From positions 43 through 64,042 of the forward strand of contig CAZUTO010000001.1 in NCBI GenBank assembly GCA_964623085.1: a stretch of 64,000 bases of DNA. The letters are read 5' to 3'. Of the stretch, positions 8,616-17,774 are shown piece after piece. The translations under genes and the position numbers were made by a program. This DNA is from an uncultured Porticoccaceae bacterium (GTDB lineage: Bacteria; Pseudomonadota; Gammaproteobacteria; Pseudomonadales; GM7GCV1). Each line of letters starts with the position of its first letter. Positions within the stretch are counted from its first letter, which is position 1. The notes under the pieces were generated by a model. The model was not told the DNA's origin. It made no database searches and was given only the letters and a program-made list of their open reading frames with translations.

Positions 8616-9491
8616 GTGAGACGAGTGATTGACTCAACCATGTTCCGCGTTAAGGGTCGGTGCCCTGCCGATCTCTCCGGTTATCCGACCAGGATAAAGC
8701 CTGTATATAAGTCTTCTGCTCACTATAAAGAGCTTCTCGCAGAGCACATCCATTGCATGAGGTCTTATCAGCAAAGGCTCTATGCTAGTAACAAACATTC
8801 TATCCTTTTGATTTTTCAAGCGATGGATGCGGCCGGTAAAGATGGAGCAATAAAACACGTCATGTCTGGGGCAAATCCCCAAGGCTGTCGAGTATCTAGT
8901 TTCAAGCCGCCGAGTCCAACTGAATTACGACACGATTTTCTCTGGCGAAGCTCGCGCTCTCTTCCCGAGCTTGGGTATATCGGTATTTTTAACCGTTCAT
9001 ATTATGAGGATGTACTGATTGCCAGGGTACATCCGGCACGGCTTGTGGGTACCCATTCACCGGATTCTGAATGCCAACATTCCCTATTCTGGGAAAATCG
9101 ATATGACTCGATTAGAGCTTTCGAGAAGCATCTTCATCACAATGGCGCGCGCATTATCAAAATATTCCTTCATATATCTGAAGCGGAACAGCGAAAACGA
9201 CTTATCGCACGCATTGAAAATCCGGCTAAGAATTGGAAGTTCAGCTCTGAAGATCTGGAGGAGCGAAAATACTGGAAACAATATATGTCAGCGTATGAGA
9301 ACTGTTTTGACGCGACGAACACGGATATTTCACCCTGGTACATCGTTCCTGCTGACGACAAAAAAAGTGCTCGACTGTTAGTGTCGCAGATTCTGTGTGA
9401 TGCCCTTGAACCCCTTAATCTAACCTTTCCAGTACCTAGTGAAAAACGTCAGAAGGAGTTGCTCAAGATGAAGAACGAACTTCTAGAGTAG
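8616..9491 (+). CDS. ppk2: Polyphosphate kinase 2 family protein
   Basis: The motif ILLIFQAMDAAGKDGAIKHV is a Walker A-like PPK2 signature, and FNRSYYEDVLIARVHP is also present. The GTG start is uncertain. Confidence 0.8.
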   Translation: MRRVIDSTMFRVKGRCPADLSGYPTRIKPVYKSSAHYKELLAEHIHCMRSYQQRLYASNKHSILLIFQAMDAAGKDGAIKHVMSGANPQGCRVSSFKPPSPTELRHDFLWRSSRSLPELGYIGIFNRSYYEDVLIARVHPARLVGTHSPDSECQHSLFWENRYDSIRAFEKHLHHNGARIIKIFLHISEAEQRKRLIARIENPAKNWKFSSEDLEERKYWKQYMSAYENCFDATNTDISPWYIVPADDKKSARLLVSQILCDALEPLNLTFPVPSEKRQKELLKMKNELLE

Positions 9492-9543
9492 AGCGATCTA
9501 TAGGATTCTGTATCTAGGCGTGCGACGTTGAAACCTTCCGCGA

Positions 9544-10404
9544 TTGGAGCAGTGGTTCGTCATGGTGTTGTGGGCGACCTGTTATCCACTCATCTCAGTC
9601 AGTCTAGTGCATGCTCCCATTATGTTGACTGCCTTTCTAAGAGCGGCAACGGCAGGGGGTGTTCTTATCGGTGTGGCTATTCTGTTTAAACGACCAATAC
9701 CAAAAACAATGATAGATTGGGGGTATATCGTAGTGATTGGCATGACTGCAACCAGCATAGGTTTTTGGGGAATGTTCTATGCCGGTAGTCTAATTTCGCC
9801 TGGGCTTGCGACAGTGCTGACCAATACACAGCCCATTATGGCAACCGTGTTAGCTTGGTATTTCTTGCATGAGAGAATAGGCAAGGCACCTACAGCAGGT
9901 ATTCTACTGGGCTTTTTAGGGATCATAGTGATCAGCGCTGATAGTTTATTACTCCAGAATACACAGGCCAGCAGAGGTGTTATCTATGTTCTTGTTGCTG
10001 CAGTTGGAATTGCGGTCAGCAATATTTTGCTGAAGAAGCTGGCAAACAAGGTTGATGTGATATCGGCCATGGGATTTCAATTATTGATTGGATCGATTCC
10101 ACTCGCGTTTGCAGGTGTATCTAGCGAAACCTTGGAATCTGTCAATTGGAGTTGGAGCTATAGCTGGATCATCGTGGTTCTGGCAATACCTGGCACTGCC
10201 GTGCCATTTATATTGTGGTTTTGGTTGATGGACAAAGCCCCCCTTTACAAGCTCAATGTCTACAGCTTTCTCACTCCCGTATTTGGTCTATATATTGGGC
10301 ATGCATATTTTTCCGAATTCCTAACCTTCCCCCAATGGTTTGGTGTCGCGATTGTTATTGTGGCGATAGCATTCGTGACCGTTGGTGGAAGAAGAAAGGA
10401 TTGA
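9544..10404 (+). CDS. DMT (EamA-like) superfamily transporter
   Basis: About 10 TM helices in a duplicated EamA-like pattern. The TTG start is the first available after an in-frame stop at 9529-9531, so the N-terminus may be short. Confidence 0.65.
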   Translation: MEQWFVMVLWATCYPLISVSLVHAPIMLTAFLRAATAGGVLIGVAILFKRPIPKTMIDWGYIVVIGMTATSIGFWGMFYAGSLISPGLATVLTNTQPIMATVLAWYFLHERIGKAPTAGILLGFLGIIVISADSLLLQNTQASRGVIYVLVAAVGIAVSNILLKKLANKVDVISAMGFQLLIGSIPLAFAGVSSETLESVNWSWSYSWIIVVLAIPGTAVPFILWFWLMDKAPLYKLNVYSFLTPVFGLYIGHAYFSEFLTFPQWFGVAIVIVAIAFVTVGGRRKD

Positions 10405-10462
10405 ACTCTATTCGTTTAACGAAAAATTTTGCTCAAAATCGAAAGGCTTAGAGTGAAAATAA

Positions 10463-10496
10463 CCCGCGTCACTGCGAATAAATGCAGTGACGCGGG
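10463..10496. terminator. Perfect 13-bp stem hairpin downstream of the DMT gene
   Basis: The hairpin is CCCGCGTCACTGC-gaataaat-GCAGTGACGCGGG. There is no T-run on the + strand. A short T-rich stretch follows on the - strand. Confidence 0.35.
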
Positions 10497-10614
10497 GCAA
10501 AACAGGGTGCAAACCCGTATAAATGCTGACCGCGCCGAAACTTTCTTTCAGGTATGAAGGCAGGATGGGGGTATCTTTTTGGCGAAACATCCATAATACA
10601 GAGGCTTATATGTG

Positions 10615-10634
10615 GCTATTGCATTCTCAATAGC
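10615..10634. repeat. ICE hairpin motif, copy 1 (GCTATTG-cattct-CAATAGC)
   Basis: Read directly. The context is tgtgGCTATTGCATTCTCAATAGCagg. Confidence 0.8.
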
Positions 10635-10743
10635 AGGCCAGCTCGCAAGAGCTTTTCAAGTTTGCTTGTGCCACCGCACCAAGCGACTTACCACTTAACC
10701 ATAGGAGGAATGCCTGGACGAAAATTATGTAAATAAACGTGTG

Positions 10744-10765
10744 GCTATTGCACTGAATCAATAGC
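10744..10765. repeat. ICE hairpin motif, copy 2 (GCTATTG-cactgaat-CAATAGC)
   Basis: Read directly. The context is tgtgGCTATTGCACTGAATCAATAGCagg, with the same flanks as copy 1. Confidence 0.8.
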
Positions 10766-10786
10766 AGGTGGGCTTGAAAAAGCCTT

Positions 10787-10821
10787 AAAAAAAACGCGCT
10801 CAAGCTACCGCTTTGAGCCGC
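10787..10821 (-). terminator. Rho-independent terminator on the minus strand inside the gene-free region
   Basis: The minus strand reads GCGGCTCAAAGC-GGTA-GCTTGAGCGC followed by TTTTTTTT. No annotated minus-strand gene lies upstream of it. Confidence 0.5.
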
Positions 10822-11063
10822 TATTCATTAAAACAACGGAGGTAAAAATAGAAGTTAGAAGAAGTACTGTCTAAAGCGTGAAAACAGCCAGGTGTTGTAT
10901 CCAACTGGAGCTTAGCACCTCAAGCAGAATCGCTTTTTCAGGTTAGAGGGAGTGGTGTCCCAAGACGTAAGCAATCCTTCTGGGATTGATACTCCAACCA
11001 TTACGATGATTGGTTAGTCATAAACACTCACCTAAAGCTTATACACCAATGGGATTGCTTAAG

Positions 11064-11130
11064 CGCCGACCGTTCAGAACGGTTGAACTGATTTCAAGAA
11101 CGGACAGGTCACCGTTCTGAACGGTCGGCG
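11064..11130. repeat. Perfect 20-bp inverted repeat (27-bp spacer) built from two 15-bp palindromes, ACCGTTC-N-GAACGGT
   Basis: The left arm CGCCGACCGTTCAGAACGGT is at 11064-11083 and its exact reverse complement is at 11111-11130. The spacer contains a small hairpin, TTGAA-ctgat-TTCAA, and a half-site, GAACGG. Confidence 0.85.
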
Positions 11131-11329
11131 AGAAGTTAAGAACAGAGAACTAACCTGCCCAGATCGATTGGACAAAATTCTTCAATACGAAACGGCGACT
11201 AAAACGATCAAAACGTTTTAGTGCTTCCTAGTTTGTAATCTTTCTTTTGACTCTGAAAGGTTAAAGAAAGACGCATACGCAATAGACTCAGAAAATGTGC
11301 CTTGTTTGATTTATTGACAAGGAGCAATT

Positions 11330-12196
11330 GTGAAAGATTTAAACTTTCAACTAAAAAATCTATGCGCCCGTAATAGGGATGGAAGTCATGCTACTCAGGC
11401 TGATCGATTTAAGGTGCTGCAAAGTATGGCAAATGACCTGGTGGACCTGGGTTATCGAAAAATGGAAGCCTCATCGCTTAAACCAAAGCATGTCGAGGCT
11501 TTAATCACGAAATACCGAAAAGAAGACCTAGCGGTAAGCACCATTAAAAACCGCCTGTCTGCACTTCGATGGTGGGCAGCAAAAATTGGTAAGCAGAATG
11601 TCGTTGCAAGAGACAATGCGTTTTATGGGCTCGAATCGCGAGTATTCGTAACCAATGATTCTAGAGCTCGTGATCTCGAAAAAGAGTTACTGGAGAAGAT
11701 CAGCGACCCCCGTCTAAGGGTAAGTTTAGAGCTACAAAAAGCCTTTGGATTACGACGCGAGGAAGCAATTAAATTCATGCCGAAGTACGCAGACAAAGAG
11801 ACGTATATTCGACTGAAAGATACCTGGTGCAAAGGTGGGCGTGCAAGAGAAATTCCTATTCGAACTGACGAGCAGCGAGAAGCGCTAAAACACGCTCATG
11901 AGATCGCTGGCTTTGGTTCTTTAATTCCGTCAAATCTGATGTACGTGCAGCAGATGCGAATTTACGAACGTGAAACGCAAAAAGCAGGCTTGTCAAAGTT
12001 GCACGGGCTTCGGCATCGCTACGCACAGGAGCGGTACTTCGAACTGACAGGAAGATCGGCTCCTGCATGTGGCGGCGCGACTCGCAATGAATTGACAGAA
12101 GAAGAACTTCGTCAAGACGAAGTAGCTCGGTTGGCAATTTCACAAGAACTTGGACACGAGCGAGAGCAAATTACCGCAGTGTATTTAGGGCGATAG
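11330..12196 (+). CDS. Small tyrosine recombinase (phage-integrase-fold, 288 aa) of the ICE backbone
   Basis: GTG start with RBS aaggag. Catalytic-type residues are present: GLRREE (Arg), HGLRHRYAQ (HxxR), LGHEREQITAVYLG (His, Tyr). Confidence 0.7.
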   Translation: MKDLNFQLKNLCARNRDGSHATQADRFKVLQSMANDLVDLGYRKMEASSLKPKHVEALITKYRKEDLAVSTIKNRLSALRWWAAKIGKQNVVARDNAFYGLESRVFVTNDSRARDLEKELLEKISDPRLRVSLELQKAFGLRREEAIKFMPKYADKETYIRLKDTWCKGGRAREIPIRTDEQREALKHAHEIAGFGSLIPSNLMYVQQMRIYERETQKAGLSKLHGLRHRYAQERYFELTGRSAPACGGATRNELTEEELRQDEVARLAISQELGHEREQITAVYLGR

Positions 12197-12386
12197 CAAT
12201 GTTCTTTGAAAACCACCATAGGAAGGTTTTCAAAATTCATTAGTTTTTAGTACCTCGCCGGTAGCAGGGTTTGCAGCGGAGCTGCAACCCTCAGTCAAGG
12301 CTAGAAAAGAAATGTGCGTCAAGGACTACTCAGCGTGCGCTTGCGTTCCTCCTTGACCCACGAAGCAACAACAGATTTTTACTGTA

Positions 12387-12406
12387 GCTATTGCAGTCTC
12401 AATAGC
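12387..12406. repeat. ICE hairpin motif, copy 3 (GCTATTG-cagtct-CAATAGC)
   Basis: The context is gATTTTTACtGTaGCTATTGCaGTCTCAATAGCAtc. It lies about 150 nt upstream of the CDS at 12557. Confidence 0.8.
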
Positions 12407-12556
12407 ATCCGGCAGTCATGCTGCCAATAGAAAGGTATCTCTTGAACAACGCATAACGACAGTTACCGCCTGTTCCAGTTTTACCACCCCTACGGGAGAA
12501 ACGATTTCCTGTAGGGAATCTTTCTCCATTTTTTATTAGATATTTGGAGAAAGATT

Positions 12557-12892
12557 ATGGAATACCTAGAAATACGTGGTGCTGTAAAACTTATGGCTGA
12601 TGCAGATCGCTCTCTTCTGTTTTATGTTCTGCAACAGTTACTAAAAACGGAGTTTACCGATGGAGGTTACATCGCTATGCATCTGGATAATCGTATTCTG
12701 AGCATTAGTGGCGAAGGCACGATCTCGGATAGGTATGGCATTGAAGCCTTGTTAGATGAGCTGCGAAGCCAGTTGATAGAACAGTCGATTATTTGTATTA
12801 CAACTGTGCGTTGGGAAGTCTACGTAGATTTGAAGTACGAGGAGCCAGCAACGCTTAATCGACTAGACCGTCTTCCGGCTACCGTCCAGTAA
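12557..12892 (+). CDS. Hypothetical ICE protein (111 aa)
   Basis: RBS is ggagaaag and a terminator follows. No family recognised. Confidence 0.55.
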   Translation: MEYLEIRGAVKLMADADRSLLFYVLQQLLKTEFTDGGYIAMHLDNRILSISGEGTISDRYGIEALLDELRSQLIEQSIICITTVRWEVYVDLKYEEPATLNRLDRLPATVQ

Positions 12893-12904
12893 TAAACCTC
12901 GGCA

Positions 12905-12939
12905 AAAGGTCTGACTACCGTCAGACCTTTGTCATTTTT
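12905..12939 (+). terminator. Rho-independent terminator
   Basis: The hairpin AAAGGTCTGAC-tacc-GTCAGACCTTT is followed by gtcattttt. Confidence 0.7.
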
Positions 12940-13053
12940 ACGATGTCAAAATCAACCCTATTCTTTCTTTTGCCTCTGAATCCTTTTTGCTGAACAGATT
13001 GGTTTCGTGCCGATAGTCTGACGCCTCTTTTAAATTCTGAAGAAAAGGCAGTC

Positions 13054-13866
13054 ATGAAAAAGCAAATCAATTTTAGAGATTTAATCTCAGTCCTTTCCAC
13101 ACTCTGTTTATTTTCATCCTTCGCATTTGCCGACAAACCAGATCAACGAGTATCTGAAAGTCGTTATACCAGCGTCGCGCTTGGCGCAGAGGTTTCACAA
13201 ATGGATCTATTTGAAGGGGTGGTCGAACTAAGTATTCCAGCAGAGATCGACACGGTTGGACAAAGCTTGGAGTACCTAATTAGTCCTCACGGGTACGCCA
13301 TAGGCGATCTGCAAGAAACGAAGGAACAATATCTTTTGTTCACGTTACCGCTACCAGAGTCGCATAGACACCTTGGCCCTATGACCTTGAGAGAAGCTAT
13401 CCATTTGCTAGGGGGCGAGAGTTTTGAACCCATCATTAATCCGGTGATGCGTTCTCTCACATACGTGCTCAAAGAAGAGTTCCTTCAGTTTGCTACCACC
13501 GAAGACATAGAAAGTGCAAGGGCAGCTTGGGATGCAAACAATCAAAATGAATCAAAGGTGCCTGAGGCCTGCGAAATAGATACAGACGATAGAAATTATG
13601 GGCCAGTGCAAGCGGGTGAATCACTAAGCTCGATTGTTAATCAGTTTAGGTTTGAAGGTCTTACACGAAGTCAATCACTGGTGTTTTCGTTCCAAGCGAA
13701 CCCTCATGCTTTTGAGGGCGAAAATATGAATCATCTCTTGCAGGGGGTGACGCTCAATATCCCGGAAGTGGGGGACGGGTTTGCGGTATCGCCATTTGAA
13801 GCGAATCAGATTGTTTTTGAGCACTTTCGCCTTTGGACTGATTTAGTGACTCAAGAGGGAGAGTGA
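13054..13866 (+). CDS. pilL2: PFGI-1-class ICE protein PilL2-like (secreted, C-terminal LysM/FimV-like motif)
   Basis: A signal peptide is present. The C-terminal segment YGPVQAGESLSSIVNQF...HLLQGVTLNIPE is LysM-like. It is the first gene of the conserved conjugation block. Confidence 0.55.
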   Translation: MKKQINFRDLISVLSTLCLFSSFAFADKPDQRVSESRYTSVALGAEVSQMDLFEGVVELSIPAEIDTVGQSLEYLISPHGYAIGDLQETKEQYLLFTLPLPESHRHLGPMTLREAIHLLGGESFEPIINPVMRSLTYVLKEEFLQFATTEDIESARAAWDANNQNESKVPEACEIDTDDRNYGPVQAGESLSSIVNQFRFEGLTRSQSLVFSFQANPHAFEGENMNHLLQGVTLNIPEVGDGFAVSPFEANQIVFEHFRLWTDLVTQEGE

Positions 13867-14678
13867 AGATGAGACATTATCGCGCAGGATGCTCTGCGAT
13901 ATTTTTCTTCTGCATTTGGGTCAACACCGTGAATGGAGATTCCGTGGTTACACCAAGTGTAATCACAACAACTCATCAGTCAGAAGAACAGAAATCACTC
14001 GCAAATCGTTGGAATTTAGATACACAGGAGTATGAGCGCTACCTGGATCTCATGAAGGGGCCAATCAGACATTGGAACCCAGATCTAGATCCTTTATTAG
14101 TGCTTGGCATGTTTGCCGAAACCTCACAGCAAGAGCAAAGGTATGCGGAACTATATGCCCAACAGGAATTTGAACTTACCGAACGCACTCTAAAATTCCA
14201 ACGGGTCTATAGAGAAGCTTTTGATCGGTTATATACGGATGTTGGGGTAATAGATCAGCGTTTTTTAGCACCATATTTTCAACACGAGCAGGCGAAATTC
14301 CTCGCTCAGGACGCTATACGATCATCGCAGCAATCCTTTGAATCCGGCGACCAATTGTTGTTGTTTGCGTCTCAAGATTGCGTTAATTGCGGCTCGTTAA
14401 TTAATCACCTTTCAAATTTACTAGTCAATCAAGCCGATACACGTCTTGATGTGTATGTGCTCGAAGCAACAAGCGATGAAGACGTAAGAGAGTGGGCATC
14501 TGATAAAGGCATTGGTTTGGATTGGCTGCGGGATCAACGTCTAACGCTGAACCGCGATGAAGGATTATTTCAGCGGTTAAAAAGTCATTCGTTGAATCCG
14601 TCAACCGAAGCGCTACCGATTTATTTGAGACGGAACGGGCAATATTTTCAGCTTAGTTCGGAGAGTCTGGCGCTATGA
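13863..14678 (+). CDS. ICE protein, TIGR03759 (PFL_4693)-like, thioredoxin-like CxxC
   Basis: A signal peptide is present, together with WNLDTQEYERYLDLMKG and a CVNC motif. The start overlaps the previous stop. Confidence 0.55.
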   Translation: MKMRHYRAGCSAIFFFCIWVNTVNGDSVVTPSVITTTHQSEEQKSLANRWNLDTQEYERYLDLMKGPIRHWNPDLDPLLVLGMFAETSQQEQRYAELYAQQEFELTERTLKFQRVYREAFDRLYTDVGVIDQRFLAPYFQHEQAKFLAQDAIRSSQQSFESGDQLLLFASQDCVNCGSLINHLSNLLVNQADTRLDVYVLEATSDEDVREWASDKGIGLDWLRDQRLTLNRDEGLFQRLKSHSLNPSTEALPIYLRRNGQYFQLSSESLAL

Positions 14679-15211
14679 ATCATCCATTTTTTAGTGCATT
14701 GCTTCTTGGCTTGTTGTGGTCACCTTCCAATCAAGCGCTAACACCCTCAGACATACCTATTGCCTATTCGGTAGTGGCTAGTAAGTATGAAGTGCCTGCG
14801 GACATTTTGTACGCGATTGCACTAACGGAAAGCGGCAAGCTCTACGAAGGTAGCAAACTGCCTTGGCCCTGGTCGTTGAATATTGAAGGGAAATCGGTTT
14901 ATTGCGATACACGAAGCCAAGCGCTTTTGTCTCTCAATGATGCGATCCAACAGGGTAAGTCCGTCGATGTTGGTCTGATGCAAGTGAGTTGGTATTGGCA
15001 CAGCCAGCGGTTCTCAAGTCCAGAAGAATCATTGTCGCCAGTGAAAAATCTAATGATTGGTGCATCCATTCTCGTGGAGCAATATCGCCAATCGGGTGAT
15101 TGGTGGGTGGCGGTAGGTCGATATCATGATCCCGGCCAAGATGAAGAGTCGCTTCAAAGAGCCGAGTACTACCTTAAAAAAGTGAAACAGAATTGGCGAG
15201 GTTCGTTCTAA
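14675..15211 (+). CDS. Lytic transglycosylase (SLT domain)
   Basis: A signal peptide is present. The catalytic-region motif is YAIALTESG, followed by GLMQV. Confidence 0.75.
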   Translation: MNHPFFSALLLGLLWSPSNQALTPSDIPIAYSVVASKYEVPADILYAIALTESGKLYEGSKLPWPWSLNIEGKSVYCDTRSQALLSLNDAIQQGKSVDVGLMQVSWYWHSQRFSSPEESLSPVKNLMIGASILVEQYRQSGDWWVAVGRYHDPGQDEESLQRAEYYLKKVKQNWRGSF

Positions 15212-15702
15212 TGAACAAGCCACTGTTGATCATTTGTATATGTTTCTGTTCTCTGGCGCAGGCTAAAGAGCCGTTCACGGTCATCTTTGACTCTGGAAAT
15301 ACTTTGCCAGTCGAGCCCTACCTACCTGAAGAAATAAAAGAAATTTCTCCACCTGAACCTCGGACTGACCCAGCAATTTTCCAATTACCGATTAGCACAC
15401 CTTCCATGCGACCAGGCGTAGTCAATATTGAACCTGTCTCTCTACAGTATTTGCAGCGGCCACTGTTTTTAGTGGGCGTTGATGATTGGTCGAAACAATG
15501 GTTGATAGCGAAGCGTGAACAGCTCATTGAAATTAATGCCATCGGTTTGATCATTGAAGCGCAAAGTCTGGATCAAATAAGAGAAGTTATGCAGTTGGCC
15601 GAAGGCTTGGAAATCGCACCGGCTTCGGCCGAAAGCTTTGCTCCTGATCTCGGTTTGACGCATTACCCGATCCTGTTATCCAAGCATGGTTGGGAACAAT
15701 GA
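15211..15702 (+). CDS. ICE protein, PFL_4695 (TIGR03765)-like
   Basis: ATG 15211 overlaps the preceding TAA. The signal peptide is MNKPLLIICICFCSLAQA. Assignment rests on conserved position between SLT and TraD. Confidence 0.5.
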   Translation: MNKPLLIICICFCSLAQAKEPFTVIFDSGNTLPVEPYLPEEIKEISPPEPRTDPAIFQLPISTPSMRPGVVNIEPVSLQYLQRPLFLVGVDDWSKQWLIAKREQLIEINAIGLIIEAQSLDQIREVMQLAEGLEIAPASAESFAPDLGLTHYPILLSKHGWEQ

Positions 15703-17756
15703 CAGATAAATACGAAATTGAAGTATTACTTCGCCCACCGGTAGAACTGTCACCGGCTATTGTTTCCCTCTGCTGTGCTGGTTTACTAATACTTGCTCCG
15801 CAGGCGTTGATGATGACGCCTTCTGTCGCGATGACCGGAGCATTTTGTTTGATCGCTCTGGCACTTTGGCGGGGATGGCAAGCATGGCAAGTCATTCAAT
15901 ATCAACGCCATTTAAAGCGAAGCCCTCGATACCAAATTTCTGCAAGAAAAATACCTGTTAGCGAATCAGTGCTATTTCTTGGGCGTGGTTTTCAATGGAC
16001 GCAAACTCATACAGAAAGACTATATGCCGCTCGCGATACGCGAGCAGAAAAATATCTTCAGCCTGCGGCCATAAAAAAATGGATTCGCCGCAAGGAAATT
16101 GAATGGGAACAAACGCCTGTTCTAAAAAAAATTATGCAATGGACTGCAAAAGACTCCCCCCTGAATCCCGTTCGACCTCCACCTGCCATTGGTGGCGATC
16201 CTGTCATTCATGGCGTCGGCATTCGGGGGGAGACCAACGCCACTATGCCGCTAACTGATCGAGTCGGGCATATGGTCGTTGTTGCGCGAACTCGTCACGG
16301 TAAAACCCGCCTCGCTGAAATCCTTACTACTCAGGACATTCATCGAGGAAATAATTGCGTCATTGTCTTAGACCCGAAAGGGGACGCAGACTATTTAAAG
16401 CGAGTTTACGTCGAAACCAAAAAAGCAGGCCGGGAACTGATCGTGTTTCACTTGGGTTATCCCGAGCTTAGTGCTGGGTATAACGCTATTGGGTCATTTT
16501 CACGTATCACCGAAGTAGCCACTCGTATATCTAGCCAACTTCCCGCAGAGGGCGACGCGAGCGCATTTAAGGAATTTGCTTGGCAGTTTATTAACGTCAT
16601 CGCCGTTGCATTAGTCGCAATGGGCGAAACGCCAGACTACCTTAAAATACGTCGATATATTACGGATATAGATTCTTTGATTGTCCTCTATGGTCGTCAT
16701 TGGCTCGCCGAAAATGGTCCTGAAGATTGGCAAGATGAACTAGGCGAGTTGGAGGACAGCATCAACATCAAATCCTTGCCGCGCATAGACCAAGGCAAAA
16801 ACCTAGAAGCTGTGGCAATGGTGAGATACCTAAATGTTCATGCTGGATATGATCAGGTGCTCGAAGGATTGCTTTCGGCCTTTCGTTATGACCGTGAGTA
16901 TTTTCTGAAGATAACGGTTTCTGTAAAACCGTTTCTGGAAAAATTAACCACTGGAAATATCGCGGAAATACTAGCGCCTAATAAGGATGATGGAAATTCA
17001 GACCGTCCAGTACTGGAATGGGCGCAAGCAATCAGATCCAATGCAGTCGTTTATGTGGGGCTAGATGCGCTGACTGATCCCGAAGTTGCTAGCGCTGTTG
17101 GTGCGTCAATGTTCAGTGACCTTACTAGTTTGGCAGGTCACATCTATAAACATGGTATTTATCCTGAAGGAGAGAGTCAGCAAAGAAAACGCTCGACTGA
17201 CATCATTATTCACGGTGATGAATTCTCAGATTTGATCGGGCCGCAATTCAAAACGTTAATCAATAAAAGTGGTGGTGCCGGGTATCAATTGAATCTCTAT
17301 ACCCAAACCTGGAGCGATCCCATTGCAGAGCTGGGAAGCGAAGCAAAAGCGGGGCAACTGGCAGGCAATATCGGCACCATGTTGATTATGGGTGTGAAAG
17401 AAATTTCAACCTGTGAAATGTTTACCAAGCAGCTGCCCGAGGTCAGTGTCACTGAAATTATGGCCGTTACAGGAGTGACCGATAGTACCGATTCCTCAGT
17501 GAATATTGGTTTTTCTTCAAATAACCAAGACAGGGTAAGTATCAGCAGATTACCTATGATTTCACCTGCAGATGTCGTTGCTCTACCCAAAGGGCAGGCG
17601 TTCGTGCTGCTTCGTGGCAGCGAGTTATGGAAAATCCGTATTCCGTTACCGACAAAGTCAGATGACGAGGAGTTGCCTGACGATCTGGGCAAGATGCTGC
17701 AACACATGCGAAGCAGTTATTCTTCTGTCATTGATTGGTCAAGCCATCATAGATAG
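15699..17756 (+). CDS. traD: Conjugative coupling protein TraD (PFGI-1/TOL class)
   Basis: Two N-terminal TM helices and a Walker A (ARTRHGKT) are present. Size is about 685 aa. The ATGA overlap with the upstream stop favours a start at 15699 rather than TTG 15690. Confidence 0.8.
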   Translation: MTDKYEIEVLLRPPVELSPAIVSLCCAGLLILAPQALMMTPSVAMTGAFCLIALALWRGWQAWQVIQYQRHLKRSPRYQISARKIPVSESVLFLGRGFQWTQTHTERLYAARDTRAEKYLQPAAIKKWIRRKEIEWEQTPVLKKIMQWTAKDSPLNPVRPPPAIGGDPVIHGVGIRGETNATMPLTDRVGHMVVVARTRHGKTRLAEILTTQDIHRGNNCVIVLDPKGDADYLKRVYVETKKAGRELIVFHLGYPELSAGYNAIGSFSRITEVATRISSQLPAEGDASAFKEFAWQFINVIAVALVAMGETPDYLKIRRYITDIDSLIVLYGRHWLAENGPEDWQDELGELEDSINIKSLPRIDQGKNLEAVAMVRYLNVHAGYDQVLEGLLSAFRYDREYFLKITVSVKPFLEKLTTGNIAEILAPNKDDGNSDRPVLEWAQAIRSNAVVYVGLDALTDPEVASAVGASMFSDLTSLAGHIYKHGIYPEGESQQRKRSTDIIIHGDEFSDLIGPQFKTLINKSGGAGYQLNLYTQTWSDPIAELGSEAKAGQLAGNIGTMLIMGVKEISTCEMFTKQLPEVSVTEIMAVTGVTDSTDSSVNIGFSSNNQDRVSISRLPMISPADVVALPKGQAFVLLRGSELWKIRIPLPTKSDDEELPDDLGKMLQHMRSSYSSVIDWSSHHR

Positions 17757-17774
17757 TCGGTAGGGCAGTAAACC

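Noticed and set aside
10611-10640. Reading the hairpin motif as a sigma-54 (-24 GG / -12 GC) or a standard sigma-70 promoter
   Set aside because: The GG-to-GC spacing is 7 nt rather than the required ~12. The best sigma-70 fit (TTTACx-17/19-AATAGC/TAGCAT) has a poor -10 element. The motif's function is therefore left open.
10408-10736. Two 60-aa ORFs (10408-10590 minus, 10554-10736 plus) in the gene-free region
   Set aside because: They have no RBS and odd composition, and they span the hairpins and repeat motifs. I consider the region non-coding.
11330-12196. The 288-aa tyrosine recombinase as the ICE's tRNA-targeting integrase
   Set aside because: It is too short and lacks the N-terminal arm-binding region typical of tRNA-site integrases. 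It lies 32 kb from the att repeat, embedded in the backbone. It is more likely a resolvase-like or accessory recombinase.
12921-13136. 71-aa minus-strand ORF between the hypothetical gene at 12557 and pilL2
   Set aside because: It overlaps the plus-strand terminator and the pilL2 start, and it is Lys/Arg-rich with no RBS.
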